Shown here one piece after another: positions 25,138 through 34,092 of a stretch of 64,000 nucleotides of DNA. The notes beneath the pieces were generated by a model. The model did no database searches, was not told the origin of the DNA, and saw only the letters and a program-made list of their open reading frames with translations. Numbering within the stretch: position 1 is the first letter of the stretch; each line of letters opens with the position of its first letter. The stretch comes from an uncultured Gammaproteobacteria bacterium. GTDB taxonomy: Bacteria > Patescibacteriota > Microgenomatia > UBA1406 > HO2-37-13b. The DNA lies in assembly GCA_964612595.1 (NCBI GenBank), contig CAZTFB010000002.1, positions 252,933 through 316,932 on the forward strand, given 5' to 3'. A program made the position numbers and the translations under genes.

Positions 25138-26190
25138 TTATTTTTTCTGCATTGCTGCTATACCAGTCGTTATCGGTACGGCGAGCATGAGTCCTATGCT
25201 TGCTACTAAGGTCCTCACGATTTCTTCAGAGATCATCTCATAGTTAATCGCCGTGCTTAATGTCTGTTCATTCACAATAAACATAAGAAGAAATGGGAGC
25301 GCCGCACCTGTATACACAAGGATCAACGTATTAACGACAGAACCTATATGATCCTTCCCGATATCCATTGCCTGCTTATACAACTCTTGAAAAGATAAAT
25401 GGGGAGCATTTTCTTTTAGTTTGAATACGATTGCGGCCTGAGAAACCGTTACATCATCAAGAATCCCCAGAAGCCCCACAATAATACCAGCGAGCAACAA
25501 GCCCTTCATATTTAAACTTCCCTCAACCATGGCAGTAAGAAACGTAGCGTCTTCTGTTGCGAAGCCTGTCAGATGGGCAAAATCGATTGCACAATAGGCG
25601 AGAATGCCGGTAATTGCGAGAGAAATGATCGTGCCAAGCGCTGCTGAATGTGTTTTTCTATTAAAACCATGTGATGCATAGTAGGTCACGGGGACAGTCA
25701 TAACACCCGTCATCAATGCAGCCATAATAGGGTTTTGTCCACTTAATATTTGAGGTAAAAGATATTTAAAAATGACGAAGAAGGTAAACATCATACTTAG
25801 TAGCGCCGCAATACCCCGTTTTCGTGCTATGAGGATTGTGCAGACAATAAAAAGCAGCCCGAGCATCATCAATGCCTCACGCCGTACATAGTCGACGACA
25901 AAGTATTGTGACTCGCCGAGCCCATTATCAACCTTTGCAACGATGACTTTATCACCGACCTTATAGTTCCTTCCTTGGGTGATTTGCGAGGCATAAGGGA
26001 ACGTGGTTGAGCGATTTTTATCTGGCCCAGTTAAAAACTTAACCGTCACCGTATCTGAAAGCTGTTCGATTATAGCTTCCTGTTGCTCCGGCATTTTAGG
26101 TTGAACGTAATCTGCCTCTTGAGCTTGAGAGGCAATAGGCGAGAGGAGCACGGTAAGCATTAAAATGAACCCAACAAGAAATCTTCTCAT
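25138..26190 (-). CDS. YibE/F-family membrane protein
   Basis: Signal/TM, a small extracytoplasmic domain, then about 7 TM helices with segments (PVTYYASHGFNRKT, DDVTVSQAAIVF, GKDHIGSVVNTLILVYTG) typical of YibE/F. Confidence 0.7.
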   Translation of the reverse strand: MRRFLVGFILMLTVLLSPIASQAQEADYVQPKMPEQQEAIIEQLSDTVTVKFLTGPDKNRSTTFPYASQITQGRNYKVGDKVIVAKVDNGLGESQYFVVDYVRREALMMLGLLFIVCTILIARKRGIAALLSMMFTFFVIFKYLLPQILSGQNPIMAALMTGVMTVPVTYYASHGFNRKTHSAALGTIISLAITGILAYCAIDFAHLTGFATEDATFLTAMVEGSLNMKGLLLAGIIVGLLGILDDVTVSQAAIVFKLKENAPHLSFQELYKQAMDIGKDHIGSVVNTLILVYTGAALPFLLMFIVNEQTLSTAINYEMISEEIVRTLVASIGLMLAVPITTGIAAMQKK

Positions 26191-26284
26191 AGTATTATGA
26201 TACTACATTCATCACTTGACAAAGCCTCAAAAATGTACTTAAATGAGTTAGCTTGAGTTCAATTGAAAGGAGGTGCAACAAAAC

Positions 26285-26488
26285 ATGGATATCGAATTTT
26301 ACGACGTAAAAAATAGAAAGAAAGTAAAGGTTCCTGCAAGTCAGGTCCAAAAAGTTAAGTACGAAAGAACCACCAAATCTGGTTCCCACCAAGTGAGATA
26401 CGCTGTTAAGGCTATGCTCGATGGTGTGAAATTGACAAAGTTTGTCAGTAAGGATATGTGGGACGGTCTTGATGCCCCAATGGCATAA
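26285..26488 (+). CDS. small basic protein, unknown family
   Basis: 67 aa from the ATG at 26285: MDIEFYDVKNRKKVKVPASQVQKVKYERTTKSGSHQVRYAVKAMLDGVKLTKFVSKDMWDGLDAPMA. The strong SD GGAGGTG ends 9 nt upstream. The tracked start at 26273 is a GTG inside the SD. Confidence 0.45.
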   Translation: MDIEFYDVKNRKKVKVPASQVQKVKYERTTKSGSHQVRYAVKAMLDGVKLTKFVSKDMWDGLDAPMA

Positions 26489-26512
26489 GATCTAGTGATC
26501 ATTAAATCTTAC

Positions 26513-26540
26513 CAGCAATAGAGCGTAAGCTCTATTGCTG
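26513..26540. terminator. perfect 12-bp stem / GTAA tetraloop hairpin at convergent junction
   Basis: CAGCAATAGAGC-GTAA-GCTCTATTGCTG, read directly. It lies between the 67-aa gene (+) and the ZIP gene (-). No adjacent U-tract. Confidence 0.5.
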
Positions 26541-26618
26541 TCGTATATGCGTATCATATTTTCTTCATGAGGTTCTAAAAATGGCAGTTGTGGACAGAAT
26601 CCTAGGTTATAATCCAGA

Positions 26619-27368
26619 TTAGTCGGCGTGTACGAATGTCTGTGAGAGGAGAATGATGAGGGCTATACCGAGGAGAAAGGGTAGAATATGTGGCGCAATA
26701 TTTTTGTTTTTCTGCTCTCTATGGAGCTCTGGAATAAGATCGGCGGCGGCGATATAGATAAAGATGCCGCCGGCAACTGCAAGAATATTATGGGTGAAAC
26801 TTTCAGTTTGAGAAAGAAAATAGTAGCCTGTAATACCTCCTGCAACGGAAGTAAGGCCTGAAAGAAAATTAAGCATCAAAGCTTTCTTTCTCTGTATGCC
26901 TACATGAAGCAATACTGAAAAATCTGCGATCTCCTGAGGAATTTCATGTGCGATGATAGCGATTGTTGTAGTGATACCGAGGGCGGGGCTTGCAATAAAG
27001 CTTGCGGCGATGGCGAGTCCGTCTACAAAGTTATGGAGCGCATCGCCGAAGAGCACAAGATACGTGGTGGGGTTGGTTCCATGGGTATCGTTGTGATGGT
27101 GATGGTGCCATAAAAATTTCTCAAGAATGAACGCTCCTATGATGCTCCAAAAAACGAATTGGAGTGCGGTAGAGGGCTCTAAATGCTCGAAAGCTTCGGG
27201 GAGTATGGTAAAAAATGCGGCGGTGAGCATGACGCCTGCGGCGAAGCTGACGAAGAGATTGGTGTTTTTTTGGGTGAGGAATGTTTTTTTAAAGAAAACA
27301 GCGAGTCCAGCGAAGCTGATGAGGCTTACTAGTATGTTGGCAACTACGATCTGAAATAGCATATCCAC
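26619..27368 (-). CDS. zupT: ZIP-family divalent metal transporter (ZupT-like)
   Basis: HNFVDGLAIA and HEIPQEIADFSVL signature helices, with a His-rich loop WHHHHHNDTHG. Confidence 0.85.
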   Translation of the reverse strand: MDMLFQIVVANILVSLISFAGLAVFFKKTFLTQKNTNLFVSFAAGVMLTAAFFTILPEAFEHLEPSTALQFVFWSIIGAFILEKFLWHHHHHNDTHGTNPTTYLVLFGDALHNFVDGLAIAASFIASPALGITTTIAIIAHEIPQEIADFSVLLHVGIQRKKALMLNFLSGLTSVAGGITGYYFLSQTESFTHNILAVAGGIFIYIAAADLIPELHREQKNKNIAPHILPFLLGIALIILLSQTFVHAD

Positions 27369-27437
27369 AAGTGTATATTAACCTAGGATCAGAGGAAATG
27401 CAAGGAAAGTAATTTCTACTGTTATAATATGTTGGAA

Positions 27438-27803
27438 TTAAGACAAAACTCGATGAAGTGTAGACTCTAACTCGCAATAAGAACTTAAAGTGTGGAGAAT
27501 GCCAATTTTCCCACCCCAAGTTGTACCAGGAATATGGTTTATCTTATTGGTAAAATTGAGAACAAAGATAACAGGGATTAATTGTTTGGCTGACAAATTT
27601 CTAATTGTTTCAAGCATTGCTACGCTTTTGTTTAGCGAATAGCTTGAACTAATAAAAACAATGTCAGGTGAGTATTTTTGAAGAATTAAATGTGCGGCTT
27701 CAATAGTATTAGCCATTTCAATTTGCCACACCGATGGAATCATCTGATATATTTGTAGGTACGAATTTGGATCTACAATTAATGCTTTATGATTATTACT
27801 CAT
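27438..27803 (-). CDS. stand-alone receiver-like domain lacking the phospho-acceptor Asp (pseudo-receiver)
   Basis: 121 aa with REC-like beta-alpha periodicity: ALIVDPN (expected DD), PDIVFISSSY (acceptor Asp position is Ser), IPVIFVLN. Confidence 0.45.
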   Translation of the reverse strand: MSNNHKALIVDPNSYLQIYQMIPSVWQIEMANTIEAAHLILQKYSPDIVFISSSYSLNKSVAMLETIRNLSAKQLIPVIFVLNFTNKINHIPGTTWGGKIGILHTLSSYCELESTLHRVLS

Positions 27804-27810
27804 AATTACT

Positions 27811-27836
27811 CTATTAATAGTAGATATTATTCTACT
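27811..27836. promoter_or_regulatory. overlapping palindromes in the divergent pseudo-receiver / XRE intergenic region (candidate operator)
   Basis: CTATTAATAG (27811-27820) is a perfect 10-bp palindrome. AGTAGA-TATTAT-TCTACT spans 27819-27836. Both lie 16-41 nt upstream of the XRE ATG at 27852. Confidence 0.35.
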
Positions 27837-27851
27837 TTATAAAGAATATTA

Positions 27852-28175
27852 ATGTCAACACAACCAGGTACTAACAAAATGAAAATTGGTCAGATAATAA
27901 AAAACGCTAGAAAAGAGGCCGGTTTATCTCAAAGAGAGTTTGCAAAAGCGCTACACGTATCCGATAAGACGGTTAGTTCCTATGAGGTGGGGAGAATAAC
28001 ACCAAAATTTGAGACTATCAAACAAATGAGTAGAGTGGTTGATAAGCCAATTACGTATTTTGATAATGATAGTGGACACACAATGGATGAGTCTGAGCTT
28101 GAATCAAATCTAAAAAAGATAGAAATGGAACTAATCGAGATTAAGAAAATTCTTCAAAAGAGAAAAAAGAGATAA
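27852..28175 (+). CDS. XRE-family helix-turn-helix transcriptional regulator
   Basis: IGQIIKNARKEAGLSQREFAKALHVSDKTVSSYEVGRITP is a canonical HTH_3 motif. The C-terminal helix is a likely coiled coil. Confidence 0.8.
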   Translation: MSTQPGTNKMKIGQIIKNARKEAGLSQREFAKALHVSDKTVSSYEVGRITPKFETIKQMSRVVDKPITYFDNDSGHTMDESELESNLKKIEMELIEIKKILQKRKKR

Positions 28176-28189
28176 TTTCACTATAGAAC

Positions 28190-29548
28190 TTAAGCCTTAT
28201 TCTGTGTGGGAATATTAATTGTAAATGTTGTCCCATGATTATATCTAGATTTTACAGAGATTATACCATCGAACGTATTTTCAACTATATCCTTTACTAA
28301 CGAAAGGCCTATTCCTGTACCCCCCTCTTCTTTAGTGGTATAGAAGGGTTTAAAAATGCTGTTTAGTTCTTTTTGAGCTATTCCCTTAGCATTATCTTCA
28401 ACTTGAATAATGATTCTTTTATTGAATGACTTGAGTGTAATTATCAATTCCTTGTTTTCTCTCTCAACCTGTTTTAGTGCATCGAGAGAATTTGAAATTA
28501 AGTTATTAACCACTTGATGAAATTTAACTAAATTGCCAGAAATTACAACTTCATTTTCAATATGTGTTAGAATACGGACTTTTTCAGTTTTTGATCTATA
28601 AGTAAAAAGTTTTATACAATCATTGATTGATTTTGAAATTGAGAAAGACTTGATAATATCTTGCCGTTGTATTTGTTTCCTTGTTGCTTGGACATAATCT
28701 TCCATTTCCTTTGTAGCAGATACCGCACGACTTAATGCCATTCTTATCTGTCTTTTATTTATGCTACTTATTTGTGTACTGTTTAATTGCTCAAGATTTA
28801 TAGTCACACTTGAGAGAGGATTGACTAGCTCATGGATTAAACCAGCTGATATTTTTCCAAGTTCAGCCAATTTATACATTTGATTTAATTTTTCAACACG
28901 TGCTTTCTCAAGCTGTCTAGTCCTTTTCTGAACTTTTTTTTCTAGATTATCTCTTTCGGTCAAGAGCGCCCTTTCATATTTTTGAGCATTTCGAAATGAC
29001 TTCTGAATTTCTTTGTTATAAAGCCATGAAACAAGTGAAACAACTGATAAGATGAGGCCGAAAGTTATGCCATCAATCAAGTCAAGTTGTCTGTTGACCC
29101 ATGAATAATCATATGTCACCCTATTAGTTGATTGCAGCTGAATAATGATAAGCATTCCAATGACTATAAATATGTTGGTAAATACTGCATATGTTCCATT
29201 CATAACTATCCCAGCTACTACTATTGACAAAGAGTAGATTAGGTATGCAAAAGGTATGTCAGCGCCCCATTTTATCGAAGCATAGAACCCAATTCCAATA
29301 TATGTTGAAACAAAGGCTATCGCAGGAAATTTTTGATTGCCTTTTTTCAGGATTAGGTATAGCAATTGAAAAAGAATTACAAATAGAAGTATGTTCAATG
29401 GACTATCACCATAATATTCATACTTTGAATTTGCTATTGATCTAATGTAGTAAATCAAACTTATTGCGAATGCAACTATTCCAAGGAGTATGGATCCCTT
29501 TAAAAGTATTCGCAATATTTCCGCTTGAGGATTTTTTAATTCCATCAA
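28190..29548 (-). CDS. sensor histidine kinase (multi-TM sensor, HisKA, HATPase_c)
   Basis: About 6 N-terminal TM helices, coiled coil, H box ISAGLIHELVNPLSS, N box NNLISNSLDAL, G boxes VEDNAKGI and GGTGIGLSLV. Confidence 0.85.
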   Translation of the reverse strand: MMELKNPQAEILRILLKGSILLGIVAFAISLIYYIRSIANSKYEYYGDSPLNILLFVILFQLLYLILKKGNQKFPAIAFVSTYIGIGFYASIKWGADIPFAYLIYSLSIVVAGIVMNGTYAVFTNIFIVIGMLIIIQLQSTNRVTYDYSWVNRQLDLIDGITFGLILSVVSLVSWLYNKEIQKSFRNAQKYERALLTERDNLEKKVQKRTRQLEKARVEKLNQMYKLAELGKISAGLIHELVNPLSSVTINLEQLNSTQISSINKRQIRMALSRAVSATKEMEDYVQATRKQIQRQDIIKSFSISKSINDCIKLFTYRSKTEKVRILTHIENEVVISGNLVKFHQVVNNLISNSLDALKQVERENKELIITLKSFNKRIIIQVEDNAKGIAQKELNSIFKPFYTTKEEGGTGIGLSLVKDIVENTFDGIISVKSRYNHGTTFTINIPTQNKA

Positions 29549-29564
29549 TTAGATTAGATAATCT

Positions 29565-30242
29565 TTATTCTTGAATGTTTTCCAATTTGTAACCTAATCC
29601 ATGAATAGTTTTGATGAGTTTTTTATTAAAGGGCCTATCGATCTTATCACGAAGGTATTTTATGTGGACATCAACTGTATTGCTAAGCTCCTCAATACCG
29701 CCTTCCCAAACATGTTCAAGAATCATATTTCTTGTAAGTACTCTATTTTGATTTCTTATCATGTATTCAAGTAAATTGAACTCTTTTTTTCTCAAATAAA
29801 TATCCTTATCATCTCTTTTAACGGTTCTCTCAGTTACGTCAACAGTTAAATCCTTTATTTTTAACGAGGAATCACTATACACATTCGAGCTTCTCCTCAT
29901 TAATGCACGGATTCGTGCAGATAACTCCTTAATACTAAGTGGCTTAACAATATAATCATCAGCACCAGCATCGAGTGCTGTTACTTTATCTTTTATGCCA
30001 TTGCGTACTGTAATGAATAGGATTGGTACAAGAATATTTGCTTTTCTTAAGTTATGACATAGATCTATACCATTTATATCTGGTAGTAGGTAATCCAAAA
30101 CGATTAAATCATATTCGTTAATGAAAGCTAGATATTCGCCGTCGCGACCTGTATATGCGACATCAATAATCATCTTATCTCCTAGCTGTTCCTTGATTGA
30201 ATCGGCAAAGTTTTTCTCATCATCTACCAACAATACCCTCAT
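29565..30242 (-). CDS. OmpR/PhoB-family response regulator
   Basis: MRVLLVDDEKN, acceptor context DLIVLDYLLPDING, KPLSIKEL, and a C-terminal winged helix (LLEYMIRNQNRVLTRNMILEHVW...IHGLGYKL). Sits 16 nt upstream of the kinase. Confidence 0.9.
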   Translation of the reverse strand: MRVLLVDDEKNFADSIKEQLGDKMIIDVAYTGRDGEYLAFINEYDLIVLDYLLPDINGIDLCHNLRKANILVPILFITVRNGIKDKVTALDAGADDYIVKPLSIKELSARIRALMRRSSNVYSDSSLKIKDLTVDVTERTVKRDDKDIYLRKKEFNLLEYMIRNQNRVLTRNMILEHVWEGGIEELSNTVDVHIKYLRDKIDRPFNKKLIKTIHGLGYKLENIQE

Positions 30243-30342
30243 ACCAAACTTTATACTACACAATTATTAAAAAATTCTGAACCCCCACACTTAACCCCAT
30301 ATTGCATTTACACCCCCAAAATGATACTTTTAAATATACCCC

Positions 30343-30828
30343 ATGGACACCCAGGACCCCGTAAAAAGACGAAATATTGAGCTTGCGTATAACTTTTTAA
30401 GTACGCAGATGATTGCACATGTCGCAACCGTATCAACTTCCAATTTACCCCATCTCGCATCCGTTTACTATATGGTTGATCCAGCGCTCAATATATTCTT
30501 CGTCACCCAAATGAACACCCTCAAGTTTAAGAATCTTAAGTTCAACCCCATTATTTCCGTCGAAGTCACCGACGAACAAAGCCTTCGCACAGTCCAGGCA
30601 AGAGGAAAGGCATCGGTATGCACCGATCAAAAAGAATCCATCAGCGTCATAAATCAGATTTCACAAATTGTCCGCTACAACGTTCTTTGGACTCCACCAA
30701 CCATCATGCATAATTTCAACTCCTCAGCAACCGTCATAAAATTCAAACCAGAATGGCTTCGACTCGCAGATTTTCGTGAGCTCACACCAAAAAGACTCGA
30801 GGAGATTTTTATCCCAATCCTTCCGTAG
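30343..30828 (+). CDS. pyridoxamine 5'-phosphate oxidase-like (FMN-binding split-barrel) protein
   Basis: 161 aa. MIAHVATVSTSNLPHLASVYYMVD...FFVTQMNTLKFKNL resembles general-stress/PNPOx-family proteins. By-eye match only. Confidence 0.45.
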   Translation: MDTQDPVKRRNIELAYNFLSTQMIAHVATVSTSNLPHLASVYYMVDPALNIFFVTQMNTLKFKNLKFNPIISVEVTDEQSLRTVQARGKASVCTDQKESISVINQISQIVRYNVLWTPPTIMHNFNSSATVIKFKPEWLRLADFRELTPKRLEEIFIPILP

Positions 30829-30829
30829 G

Positions 30830-32248
30830 TTATCGCTTCCTCTCCCACACATCATAATAATCAACCCGCTCCACAAACGCATATTCATTCGCAACGTATT
30901 CATCCAATGCATCATAAGGATCTGCATTGCTATCGATAACGATCAGATCCGTTTTAGCATTACGCAAACTATCCATAAACTCGCCAGGCGCAATAAAAGT
31001 TCGGTGGTATCCTGCAACAATTTTTGTTGGCGGCACAATCTCAAGGACATCATATATCCATGGATTGTTTGTATATATAAATATGTTCCTGGTTTGATAT
31101 TTCGCAAGCGCATTATCAACATTCCTCAACGTCTCGTCAGTAGGATACAAAAAATATGACTGTTGTCCCGATGCAAAGCGATAAAAATCTATGTAGTATG
31201 ATGGGCTTTGTAGAACTGCCTTTCCCTCTCCATAGAAAAACAGTTTTAAAAAACCCGTTACTAGTGCAAGAAATACAACTAGATACATCGCTTGCGATTT
31301 CAAGCGTGTTATCGACATTTTTTGCATGACAACAGATGACAAAAGCACAAATCCAGGCACAACCTGGATCATGTAATGCAAATACTGCCTTCCTCCAAAT
31401 AGCACGCCATATGCCTCAAAAAGTACCATGAAACCAATGAGAAGTTGATTAATTGATATCTTCTTACGGAGGTAAAGCGCAATCAGAGGAATGAGGAGGA
31501 ATACCAACAGCAATGTTTTAAACGACAGCGATCGAACGCCAAAACTAAATGATTGCGTATAGCCATAATTATTAAGAAAGATGGTTTGCAGAGCCGGTAT
31601 AAGATTTCCATTGAAGTAAAGATAGAGGTATTGCAACATATTAGGAAGAATGAAGAAGGCAATCGTCACAGCGATATGTTTAAACTTATGGCGTGTCACG
31701 AGCAGATATAAAAGCACTGCTGCAAAATCAAATACCGGGTGAAATTTTAGAAGAAAACCCACACCGAAAAGTAGTCCTGAAAGTGCATAGAGCGGTTTTT
31801 TTTGGAGAATTGCATAGTAGCCAAAAATAGTAAGTGGAATGAACAGATTTTCGGCATTAGTAATATTGCCTTCGATAAGGGGTGAACCAATAAGAAAAAC
31901 GAGTGCAGCTAGACTTAGCGCATGAATTTTCTTATGTACCTTGAGATGATTGAGCATAAGATGAATACCGACAATACTTATCACGCCGGCACAAAGATTG
32001 AGAAGGCGAATAAACAATAAGCGATTTGTTGCATCGCCTAGACCGTATAGCCAATAGATAAGTAGCGGTTTGTTATCCCACAGATTTACGTATAACTGCT
32101 TTCCATGTTCAAGACCATAGGTTATGGCCGCATAAATACCTTCATCTGCATACCAATGTGGCTCAAAGAGCGACGGAATGCGTAGTATAATAAAGGCGGC
32201 GAGTGCTGATACAAGTAACTTTAAATGTGTAATGCTAAGAAAATTCAT
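30830..32248 (-). CDS. GT-C-fold membrane glycosyltransferase (family 39/83, ArnT/PMT-like)
   Basis: About 11 TM helices. The first-loop motif FEPHWYADEGIYAAITYGL...LYVNLWDNKPLLIYWLY is typical of ArnT/PMT-like enzymes. Start taken at the Met of MNFLSITH; the maximal ORF extends to 32314. Confidence 0.5.
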   Translation of the reverse strand: MNFLSITHLKLLVSALAAFIILRIPSLFEPHWYADEGIYAAITYGLEHGKQLYVNLWDNKPLLIYWLYGLGDATNRLLFIRLLNLCAGVISIVGIHLMLNHLKVHKKIHALSLAALVFLIGSPLIEGNITNAENLFIPLTIFGYYAILQKKPLYALSGLLFGVGFLLKFHPVFDFAAVLLYLLVTRHKFKHIAVTIAFFILPNMLQYLYLYFNGNLIPALQTIFLNNYGYTQSFSFGVRSLSFKTLLLVFLLIPLIALYLRKKISINQLLIGFMVLFEAYGVLFGGRQYLHYMIQVVPGFVLLSSVVMQKMSITRLKSQAMYLVVFLALVTGFLKLFFYGEGKAVLQSPSYYIDFYRFASGQQSYFLYPTDETLRNVDNALAKYQTRNIFIYTNNPWIYDVLEIVPPTKIVAGYHRTFIAPGEFMDSLRNAKTDLIVIDSNADPYDALDEYVANEYAFVERVDYYDVWERKR

Positions 32249-33647
32249 CACATCAATTATACCTGGAAAGATTGAAGTACTGCTGATTGCGATTGTTTTA
32301 GTCGCAACACTCACGTTTGTCTCAAGAAGTATCGCGCGTTATGACAAACTTCAATCCTATTACTTTGATCTTGGGATTATGCATCAGGTTGTGGCAAATA
32401 CCGCACATGGGCATTTTCTCGAACTCACTGACCCAAACTTTTATATGCAAGGAAACAGATTAGGCTACCACTTTGATTTTATCCTTGCATTCTTCGCGCC
32501 CTTTTACTTATTTTTTAACGACGCTCGGGTCTTGCTTGCGGGGCAGTCAATCATTATTGCTCTCGGCGCAATTCCATTGTATCTTTTAGCAAAAGATCAT
32601 CTGAAAAATATTGGTTTTGGATTACTCGTCGCCATACTCTATCTTTTGTACTATCCCGTGCATGCGACGATTATCGCTGACTTTCATTCGGTAACGCTCG
32701 CGACAACATTCATTCTTTGGGCATGGTATGGATTGGAGAAAAAAAAGTATATATTGACGACATGCATGGTGCTTCTTGCGTGGTTTACGAAAGAAAATGT
32801 ACCTCTGGTGACTGCAGGTATGGGTTTTTACTTTTTTCTAAAAGGTGATAGAAAATATGGGGGAGCACTTTTTATTATAAGCGGCTTATGGTTTTTAACT
32901 GTGTACAAAGTAATCATGCCGTATTTTCGCGGAGGGGTACATTTTGCAGAAAGCTACTATTCAAGCGATGTAGTCGTCAATCTCCAACGGCTGTTTAGTG
33001 AGGGAAGTTTCAGATATATTTTTGCACTTTTGTATCCTCTGCTTTTTATACCGCTTCTTGCACCACAATTTTTACTGCTCATTGTGCCAGAATGGATGAT
33101 TATATTACTCTCTTCGAATACAAACATGCGCGCATTACAATATCATTACACGGCGTTGCTAACTCCTTTTATATTTCTTGCGCTTATATACGGTCTCAAA
33201 AAGATTAAAAACAAACGCGTACTTCTAGCATTGTTTTGTGCACTCATATATATCCAGGTGACTTTATTGTTTACTAGAAGCACACTCATGACGCATTATC
33301 CGCCAGACCCTGATGGTTTGCGCGTCGTAATGGACTGGCGGGAAAAATTAAAGGATCCGTCAATTCCTGTTTCTACCTCAGGACATCTTGCACCACATTT
33401 TTCCGGAAGGCGCTACTTCTATAACTTTTTTTATGATTATGGGTTCTGGAACCAAGGGATTACAGAGCAACAGATTGCAGACTTGGTTTCTCATTATGAA
33501 AAAGCAGAGTATGTCTTAATAAAAAAGTCAGAGATTGATCCTACCGATGAAAGAGTATTGCGTTACTACTTTCATCTTAAAAGAAATCCTCGTTATACTA
33601 TGATTTTCGAAGAAGCGGGTATTGAAGTCTATAAAAAGTTATACTAA
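32232..33647 (+). CDS. DUF2079-family polytopic membrane protein (putative GT-C glycosyltransferase)
   Basis: YDKLQSYYFDLGIMHQVVANTAHGHFLELTDP...NRLGYHFDFILAFFAPFY is the DUF2079 N-terminal signature. About 11 TM helices plus a C-terminal soluble domain. Start at the ATG at 32232; the tracked start is 32178. Confidence 0.55.
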   Translation: MLRKFITSIIPGKIEVLLIAIVLVATLTFVSRSIARYDKLQSYYFDLGIMHQVVANTAHGHFLELTDPNFYMQGNRLGYHFDFILAFFAPFYLFFNDARVLLAGQSIIIALGAIPLYLLAKDHLKNIGFGLLVAILYLLYYPVHATIIADFHSVTLATTFILWAWYGLEKKKYILTTCMVLLAWFTKENVPLVTAGMGFYFFLKGDRKYGGALFIISGLWFLTVYKVIMPYFRGGVHFAESYYSSDVVVNLQRLFSEGSFRYIFALLYPLLFIPLLAPQFLLLIVPEWMIILLSSNTNMRALQYHYTALLTPFIFLALIYGLKKIKNKRVLLALFCALIYIQVTLLFTRSTLMTHYPPDPDGLRVVMDWREKLKDPSIPVSTSGHLAPHFSGRRYFYNFFYDYGFWNQGITEQQIADLVSHYEKAEYVLIKKSEIDPTDERVLRYYFHLKRNPRYTMIFEEAGIEVYKKLY

Positions 33648-33651
33648 TACA

Positions 33652-34092
33652 ATGAAAGATCACGATGAACATATTAAAGATTATCTTGCCGCGGTTCCCG
33701 AACCAACAGCAAAGAATATTAATAAAAAATTTGAGGAACAATTGACATTAGGTGATAGGTTGGCGGATAGAATGACGAGTTTTGCCGGGAGCTGGCCATT
33801 TATCATACTATGTCTCTCGTTCTTATGTATCTGGATGTTGATAAACATGTATCTCCTGTCCCGTCCGTTTGATCCATTCCCTTTTATTCTGTTAAATCTT
33901 ATGTTGTCGACGATTGCTGCGCTTCAGGCGCCGATCATTATGATGAGTCAAAACAGACAGGCGCTCAAAGATCGCTTACGAGCAGAACATGATTATATGG
34001 TAAATCTAAAGGCTGAAGCAGAAATCGCAGCATTGCATAAGAAGATAGATGCTATAGATCAGAGACTGAAGACTTTCGATGGGCGTCGATAA
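33652..34092 (+). CDS. DUF1003-family membrane protein
   Basis: LGDRLADRMTSFAGSWPFIILCL...FDPFPFILLNLMLSTIAALQAPIIMMSQNRQ...RAEHDYMVNLKAE is the DUF1003 pattern. Confidence 0.7.
   Translation: MKDHDEHIKDYLAAVPEPTAKNINKKFEEQLTLGDRLADRMTSFAGSWPFIILCLSFLCIWMLINMYLLSRPFDPFPFILLNLMLSTIAALQAPIIMMSQNRQALKDRLRAEHDYMVNLKAEAEIAALHKKIDAIDQRLKTFDGRR

Noticed and set aside
25012-25209. Tracked + strand 65-aa ORF
   Set aside because: It starts at a GTG, is in a different frame from the Cys-rich ORF, and runs 72 nt into the convergent YibE/F gene. Its product has no features. The 24957..25136 frame explains the region better.
30264-30342. Repeated C-tracts (ACCCCCA, AACCCCA, CACCCCCA, ACCCCA) upstream of the response-regulator operon as possible OmpR-type direct-repeat binding sites
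   Set aside because: The spacing between tracts is irregular (about 13, 17 and 27 nt) and the flanks are not shared. This is not convincing as a phased direct repeat.
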